This document shows positions 26,871 through 32,000 of a DNA stretch of 32,000 nucleotides, piece after piece. Position 1 is the first letter of the stretch. The number at the start of each line of letters is the position of its first letter. This DNA is from Erysipelothrix larvae. GTDB taxonomy: Bacteria > Bacillota_I > Bacilli_A > Erysipelotrichales > Erysipelotrichaceae. A program made the translations under genes and the position numbers. The notes under the pieces were generated by a model that ran no database searches, had not been told where the DNA came from, and worked only from the letters and a program-made list of their open reading frames with translations. Where the stretch lies: contig NZ_CP013213.1 in the NCBI RefSeq assembly GCF_001545095.1, positions 180,001-212,000 of the forward strand, given 5' to 3'.

Positions 26871-27899
26871 ATGAGTGAAAAAGAAAATGTTGCGCCACTT
26901 GATGCACTTACACAAGATGACTTTGTACATGTTGGATACATCGACAGACCTGAACAAGAAATGGTTCAAGGAGAAGACGAATCAGCCCTTCGTGATGGTT
27001 GGGAACGGTTCAAGAAAAATAAAGGTGCAGTCATCGGCCTTATTGTAATTTCAATCATTATCGTGATGGCAATCATTGGTCCAATGATTAGCGGATATCG
27101 CTTTGATGAAATATTCAAAGGGTATAATAACTTACCGCCACGTATTCCAGGACTTGAAAATTTAGGATTCTTTGATGGAACCTCACGGGGTGTGAATGTC
27201 TATGAACAACTGGGTGTTACTCAATACTTCTGGTTTGGTTCCGATACATTAGGTCGTGACCTCTTTACACGTATTTGGTCTGGAACTCGAGTATCATTTA
27301 TCATTGCGATTGTTGCAGTGTTGATTGACTTTGTAATTGGGGTAACTTACGGAACCATCTCAGGATATTTTGGTGGTAAAGTGGATATGCTGATGCAACG
27401 GATTCTTGAAGTCATTAATGGGATTCCTAACTTAGTAGTCGTAACACTGTTTGTGCTTGTGTTTAAGCCAGGGATGGTATCCATCATTGTATCTTTGATG
27501 ATTACAGGATGGATTGGAATGAGTCGTGTTGTCAGATCTCAAGTTTTGAAGCTCAAAGAACAAGAGTTTGTATTAGCTGCTGATGTACTTGGAGCACGAA
27601 AAATGATGATTATCGTCAAAGAAATCTTACCAAATATTATGGGACAAATGATTGTTATGACGATGTTCTCAATTCCAAATGCGATTTTCTATGAAGCGTT
27701 CTTAGCATTTGTAGGATTAGGTCTTGCAGAACCACAAGCATCACTGGGGTCATTAATTAATACTGGGTATAACAGCATGTTAACTCACCCCCACTTACTG
27801 ATATTTCCAGTGATTGTATTATCGTTATTAATGTTAAGTTTCAATTTGATTGCGGATGGACTACGAGATGCAATTGACCCAACAATGAAAGGACACTAG
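26871..27899 (+). CDS. oppC: oligopeptide ABC transporter permease
   Basis: 342 aa. OppC/DppC-type with an N-terminal extension, an EAA-loop region FVLAADVLGARKMMIIVKEILPNI, and C-terminal NLIADGLRDAIDP. It starts 2 nt after the oppB stop. Confidence 0.9.
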   Translation: MSEKENVAPLDALTQDDFVHVGYIDRPEQEMVQGEDESALRDGWERFKKNKGAVIGLIVISIIIVMAIIGPMISGYRFDEIFKGYNNLPPRIPGLENLGFFDGTSRGVNVYEQLGVTQYFWFGSDTLGRDLFTRIWSGTRVSFIIAIVAVLIDFVIGVTYGTISGYFGGKVDMLMQRILEVINGIPNLVVVTLFVLVFKPGMVSIIVSLMITGWIGMSRVVRSQVLKLKEQEFVLAADVLGARKMMIIVKEILPNIMGQMIVMTMFSIPNAIFYEAFLAFVGLGLAEPQASLGSLINTGYNSMLTHPHLLIFPVIVLSLLMLSFNLIADGLRDAIDPTMKGH

Positions 27900-27908
27900 G
27901 TGATTGGT

Positions 27909-28988
27909 ATGAAAGAAAATCGAATTTTAGAAATCAATGACTTTACGTTATCTTTTAATTTGTCACGGGGTACCAATCATGTCATTCGTAATATTAATTT
28001 ACATGTAAATAAGGGAGAGACACTTGCTATCGTTGGTGAGAGCGGTAGTGGGAAGTCAGTAACAACAAAAGCGATTTTAGGGATTATTGATGATAATGGA
28101 AAGGTGGGGAATGGAGAAATCCTATACCGTTTTGATGATACGGTGAATCCACCTGAAGTGCTGGATTTAACCAAAATGAGCGAAAAGGATTTTCAGACTC
28201 GCATTCGTGGTCGTCAAATTTCTATTATTTTTCAAGATCCAATGACTGCATTGAATCCTACAATGCAAATTGGCAAGCAGATCATGGAAAGCATCTTAGT
28301 GCATAAAAAGGATATGCCTAAGGCGCAAGCAAAAGCGCGTTCCATTGAACTGTTAGATATGGTTGGGATTAATGATCCTGAGAAGCGGTTTAAACAATAC
28401 CCGCACCAATTATCCGGTGGGATGAGACAGCGTGTGGTCATTGCGATTGCCCTTGCTTCAGAGCCACATCTACTGATTGCGGATGAACCAACAACAGCGC
28501 TAGATGTAACAATCCAAGCACAAATTCTAGATTTAATTAAAGAAATTCAAAAGAAGACAGGGATTTCCATCATCTTTATTACCCATGATTTAGGGGTAGT
28601 TGCTAATGTTGCGGATCGTGTGGCTGTAATGTATGCAGGAAAGATTGTTGAAGAAGGGCTTGTAGACGAAGTGTTCTATGATCCGCGTCATCCATATACA
28701 TGGGGTCTTTTGTCATCCTTACCTTCTACAACAGGAAATGACACAGAACTCTATTCAATTCCAGGGAGCCCTCCAAATATGATACATCCACCTAAAGGAG
28801 ATGCATTTGCATATCGGAGTGAGTATGCACTGAAGATAGACTTTGAAAAAGAACCGCCAATGTTTGACATCACGGATACACACCGCGCAGCATCGTGGTT
28901 ATTAGACCCACGTGCACCAAAACTTGAGATGCCTGAAATCTTAAAACATCGTTTAGAAGTCTTGAGAAAGGAGAACCATGATGAGTGA
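27909..28988 (+). CDS. oppD: oligopeptide ABC transporter ATP-binding protein
   Basis: Walker A GESGSGKSV, signature LSGGMRQRVVIA, Walker B LLIADEPTTALD, and the C-terminal oligopeptide-type extension (HPYTWGLLSS.P). ATG 27909 lies 5 nt after AGGTGA. The track start GTG 27900 overlaps the SD. Confidence 0.9.
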   Translation: MKENRILEINDFTLSFNLSRGTNHVIRNINLHVNKGETLAIVGESGSGKSVTTKAILGIIDDNGKVGNGEILYRFDDTVNPPEVLDLTKMSEKDFQTRIRGRQISIIFQDPMTALNPTMQIGKQIMESILVHKKDMPKAQAKARSIELLDMVGINDPEKRFKQYPHQLSGGMRQRVVIAIALASEPHLLIADEPTTALDVTIQAQILDLIKEIQKKTGISIIFITHDLGVVANVADRVAVMYAGKIVEEGLVDEVFYDPRHPYTWGLLSSLPSTTGNDTELYSIPGSPPNMIHPPKGDAFAYRSEYALKIDFEKEPPMFDITDTHRAASWLLDPRAPKLEMPEILKHRLEVLRKENHDE

Positions 28989-29934
28989 ACGAAATGTGAT
29001 GCTAAGGGTGGATAACCTGAAGCAATATTTCCATATTGATCGAAAAACAACAGTAAAAGCTGTTGATGGGGTTTCCTTTGAGGTATATGAAGGAGAAACC
29101 TTCAGTATCGTTGGTGAGAGTGGGAGTGGAAAGTCAACCTTAGGACGCGCTCTGATTCGAATTTACGATCCACAAGGGGATGTAACCTTTATGGGCCAAC
29201 GCATAACAGGAAAACTTAATAATCATGAACAACGCCATTTGCGTAAAAATATGCAGATGATTTTCCAAGATCCAATGGCTTCATTAAATCCGCGTAAGAA
29301 GATTTTAGATACTGTTGCGTATGGGTTGGATATTCATAAAGAAACAAAGAGTGATCAAGAACGTAAACAACGCGTAAAAGAGGTGCTTGAAAAAGTTGGG
29401 TTAAGCGAAGAATTTATGACACGCTATCCGCATCAATTTTCAGGTGGTCAACGTCAAAGAATTGGGGTTGCAAGAGCAATCATATTGGAACCAAAGTTTA
29501 TAATTTGTGATGAAATTATTTCGGCACTTGATGTTTCAATTCAAGCACAAGTTATTAACCTTATGCGAAAACTACAGCGTGAGCAAAAACTCACGTATCT
29601 GTTTATTGCCCATGATTTAAGTATGGTTCGTTCAATTTCCGACCGTGTTGCAGTAATGCATCTGGGACATATCGTCGAGATGGGAACGGTAAGTGACATT
29701 TATGACAATCCAATACATCCTTATACTAAGGCGTTATTATCCGCAATTCCTCATCCCGATCCGATTCGAGAAAAGAAACGAAAACGTGTTCGGTATATCA
29801 AAGGTGCAATTGATTACAATGCCGGTGAGACAGTACAGTTGTCAGAAACTCATAGAGTATTAGGAACGCCTGAGGATATCAAAGATTGGGAATGTGGAGA
29901 TTATTCAGAATCACTTCAACCCATCGTTGAGTAA
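28978..29934 (+). CDS. oppF: oligopeptide ABC transporter ATP-binding protein
   Basis: Walker A GESGSGKST, signature FSGGQRQRIGVAR, Walker B FIICDEIISALD, and C-terminal HPYTKALLSAIP. It overlaps the oppD end by 11 nt. SD AAGGAGAA. Confidence 0.9.
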   Translation: MMSERNVMLRVDNLKQYFHIDRKTTVKAVDGVSFEVYEGETFSIVGESGSGKSTLGRALIRIYDPQGDVTFMGQRITGKLNNHEQRHLRKNMQMIFQDPMASLNPRKKILDTVAYGLDIHKETKSDQERKQRVKEVLEKVGLSEEFMTRYPHQFSGGQRQRIGVARAIILEPKFIICDEIISALDVSIQAQVINLMRKLQREQKLTYLFIAHDLSMVRSISDRVAVMHLGHIVEMGTVSDIYDNPIHPYTKALLSAIPHPDPIREKKRKRVRYIKGAIDYNAGETVQLSETHRVLGTPEDIKDWECGDYSESLQPIVE

Positions 29935-29943
29935 GGATTGGTT

Positions 29944-29972
29944 AAAGGTACATTGAAAAGTGTGCCTTTTTT
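29944..29972 (+). terminator. rho-independent terminator of the opp operon
   Basis: aaaggtaca / tgtgccttt stem (one G-U pair) with an 8-nt loop, followed by a T-run. Confidence 0.6.
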
Positions 29973-30047
29973 CGTCTTGTAACAGATTTGTTGCTTTACT
30001 CATATTCGTTTATAACGTAAAGTAATTAGAGTATTAAGGAGAGATAT

Positions 30048-30605
30048 ATGAATTTAGGTGAAAACTTACGTCAAGTACGTTTAGAAAAAAAATTGACACA
30101 AGAGGATGTGTCAAAAGTAATGTTTGTAACAAGACAAACAATATCACGATGGGAACAAAACAAGACCATGCCCAATGTTTATGTCCTGGAGGAGCTGAGT
30201 AGATTGTATGAAGTTCCAATAGATCGATTTTATGACAGTACTCGTGAAATGAGTGATACGAATAAAGAGGAGAAAGTTATGAAGAACATTAATTATTATG
30301 CACTATTTGGAAGTTTATTTTTTAATATATTTTTATTTTCAGGCGTTGCAATCACTGTTGCTACACTCCTACTTTCCTATTGGCTTATTGTACTCACTTT
30401 TATCGCATCACCGTTTATTTTATTGTTTGTTAATGTAACGGGAATGCAAGCATTTGATTGGGTAAATACCCTCTTTGCATTAATTGTATTTCCAATCGGA
30501 TTGATAAATATACGAATTGCTAAAAAATTCACCGGATATATCATAGAAATGTTTATTAAGTACTGTAAATTCAATATGAAATCAGTGTTTAATACAAGTA
30601 TATAA
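30048..30605 (+). CDS. membrane-anchored XRE-family transcriptional regulator (N-terminal HTH plus 3-4 C-terminal TM helices)
   Basis: HTH_3-type N-terminus LRQVRLEKKLTQEDVSKVMFVTRQTISRWEQNKTMPNVYVLEELSRLYEVPIDRFY. Hydrophobic C-terminal half (YYALFGSLFFNIFLFSGVAI, LLLSYWLIVLTFIASPFILLFV, LFALIVFPIGLINI). SD AAGGAGAG. Confidence 0.8.
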   Translation: MNLGENLRQVRLEKKLTQEDVSKVMFVTRQTISRWEQNKTMPNVYVLEELSRLYEVPIDRFYDSTREMSDTNKEEKVMKNINYYALFGSLFFNIFLFSGVAITVATLLLSYWLIVLTFIASPFILLFVNVTGMQAFDWVNTLFALIVFPIGLINIRIAKKFTGYIIEMFIKYCKFNMKSVFNTSI

Positions 30606-30942
30606 AACAATAATATTGTGTCATAAAGTTTTCAAAAACTGCATAATGAAGGATTGGTCCATGCCTAAGTTTTATGCAATAGCGATACACAGTGTCTTAT
30701 TGTTATGATGGATTTCAATTATTTCGCGGTCCTTTAAGGATAAATGTTTATTTCTGCCATAATGCTTCTTCTATTCATTAATGGGGAAGATGCTTAAACT
30801 GTATACTCATAAAATAAAAATTATCCCCGCTCTATAGAGTAGAACTTCTTGAATGCTCAAATTCCACGAATTGTTGCAAAAATGAGATTTAGTTTTTCAT
30901 TTCATTTAATTCAGTTTTGAAAAATTGTATTTCATAATATCG

Positions 30943-30971
30943 TTGCAATTCATGCTATGATAATGTATAAT
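30943..30971 (+). promoter_or_regulatory. sigma-A promoter for the 40-aa basic ORF
   Basis: TTGCAA (30943-30948), an exact 17-nt spacer, then TATAAT (30966-30971). Confidence 0.5.
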
Positions 30972-31014
30972 AGACCTTGTCTAATTTACAATGAATCGTT
31001 TGGAGGTGTAGAAA

Positions 31015-31137
31015 ATGGCTAAAAATGATGTATCAACAGCTTATCGTCAATTGAAATCAAAGAATATCAAAACACGTAAACATGCGCTTCGTATTATCAA
31101 AGATCACAAACGCAAAGTTAAAGCTCTAGCTAAATAA
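31015..31137 (+). CDS. small highly basic protein, 40 aa (below the ORF-track cutoff)
   Basis: The SD GGAGGTG ends 6 nt before ATG 31015. Product: MAKNDVSTAYRQLKSKNIKTRKHALRIIKDHKRKVKALAK (12 Lys, 4 Arg and 2 His in 40 residues). It has its own consensus-like promoter and a terminator directly after the stop. Confidence 0.5.
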   Translation: MAKNDVSTAYRQLKSKNIKTRKHALRIIKDHKRKVKALAK

Positions 31138-31138
31138 G

Positions 31139-31164
31139 AAAACTGTCAGAAATGACAGTTTTTA
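31139..31164. terminator. bidirectional rho-independent terminator
   Basis: Perfect 10-bp stem aaaactgtca / tgacagtttt with loop gaaa. A-run and T-run flanks serve both the small ORF (+) and the nitroreductase gene (-). Confidence 0.65.
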
Positions 31165-31911
31165 TTTTACCAGAAGTCCTTGTTTTTCGAGGGTTTTTTT
31201 AAGCTTTAAACGCCCTTCGTTAACAGTTTGTTGAGATTTTGTCGCTTGCAGTGTAAAACTATCAATGCGGTTATTCATATCTCTTAAGTCATAGTACTCA
31301 GTAACAACAGCGTCATATGCTTGAAGGGCCTCATGATAATTATCAAGTATACAATATTTGTTTTCAAAGTGAATGAGCTCTTGTGGCAGTCTTGGTTTAA
31401 GTTGTGGCTGTTGGTCTGGATAGCCCACAACTAATCCAATAATTGGGAAGGTGAGCTTTGGGAGTTCAAGAATTTCAATAAGTTGCTGTGCATCATTGAG
31501 GATACTTCCTAAGATAACACCACCTAAACCCATACTTTCAGCTGCAACCATAACATTTTGACACGCTAAGAGGCAATCACTAAAACTGCTCAAGAATTTC
31601 GTGGTGGTTGACCCCATATCGCTGGTAACTCCAGCTTCTTTAGCGATTTGAAAATTTCTATAGTTATCAAGAATAAAAATAAAGAGATGACCATTTTCAC
31701 CAATATAATGTTACTTTCCTATGTCTGCAATCGCTTTTTTCTTCGCTTTATCCGTTACACTGATGATTGACATCCCTTGTAAGAACGAACTTGTTGATGT
31801 GTGTTGTGCGACATCCACCAAGGTGTTGATGGTGGCTTGATCCAACGCCGTGTCCTTAAATTTGCGAATGGTTTTATGATTGAGTTGTGTTTGAATTGTT
31901 TGATTCATCAT
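31162..31911 (-). pseudogene. NfsA/NfrA-type oxygen-insensitive NADPH nitroreductase interrupted by a single in-frame TAA
   Basis: The two track ORFs (31911-31711 and 31617-31162) are in the same frame, since 31911-31617 = 294. The stretch between them reads through without further stops: ADIGK*HYIGENGHLFIFILDNYR.... The total is 249 codons, the length of B. subtilis NfrA as I recall it. Family blocks present: LNHKTIRKF, HTSTSSFLQ, AAESMGLGGV. Confidence 0.85.
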
Positions 31912-32000
31912 AACCTTCCTTTCCTAAAATGTTTTACATAAAATATTATATCATGGGCATCAAGTACCTGCATATGGAATAAGTTTGATAAGATGAAGCT

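Noticed and set aside
14004-27908. Longer upstream starts given by the ORF track for rplL (14004), the dehydrogenase (23128), oppA (24170) and oppD (27900)
   Set aside because: In each case an internal start sits at proper distance from a clear SD. The extension would run through a terminator (23128), a promoter (24170) or the SD itself.
11641-31713. Possibility that in-frame TAG/TAA codons (11641, 11836, 11983, 31711) reflect stop-codon reassignment or programmed readthrough
   Set aside because: About 2,600 codons of rpoB and rpoC, and all opp and ABC genes, contain no in-frame stops. Genes in this window terminate normally at TAA, TAG and TGA. The affected loci sit among other decayed genes, so they are ordinary nonsense pseudogenes.
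1-32000. Scan for CRISPR-like spaced direct repeats, tandem repeats, tRNA/rRNA-like sequences and riboswitch-like leaders
   Set aside because: No regularly spaced repeats and no cloverleaf or rRNA-like segments were seen by eye. The only repeats are the IS terminal repeats and the two 16-bp palindromes reported above. A proper scan with tRNAscan, Rfam or a CRISPR finder could still find something I missed.

Overview
This is a 32-kb chromosomal window from a low-GC Gram-positive bacterium (Bacillota). It uses the standard code with Shine-Dalgarno RBSs. The enlarged RpoB hints at an Erysipelotrichia/Mollicutes-related lineage, which is inference only.

Layout, left to right:
- 1-6.6 kb: a small membrane-protein gene, glycerol dehydrogenase (gldA, minus strand), and a minus-strand operon. 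The operon encodes two half-size ABC exporters plus an ArsR-type regulator with a long unassigned N-terminal domain. Twin palindromes bracket its promoter.
- 6.7-13.2 kb: an IS-rich, visibly more AT-rich, heavily decayed stretch. It holds an IS66-family element (tnpA-tnpB-tnpC) whose tnpC carries three frameshifts and whose tnpB 3' end is interrupted by an intact ISL3-family element. After that come orphan or decayed small ORFs and a 5'-truncated second ISL3 transposase.
- 13.3-23.1 kb: the core cluster of L10-leader-like attenuator, rplJ, rplL, a small SAM methyltransferase, rpoB and rpoC.
- 23.2-29.9 kb: a D-2-hydroxyacid dehydrogenase-family gene and a complete oppABCDF-type peptide ABC importer.
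- 30-32 kb: a membrane-anchored XRE regulator, an unannotated 40-aa very basic ORF with its own promoter and terminator, and an NfsA/NfrA-type nitroreductase inactivated by one in-frame TAA.

I found no CRISPR array, tRNA, rRNA, recognisable defence system, toxin-antitoxin pair or biosynthetic cluster, and I see no convincing novel multi-gene system. The items most worth a second look are the regulator/exporter module with its twin operators, the nested IS architecture, the small unannotated ORFs, and the point-inactivated genes.
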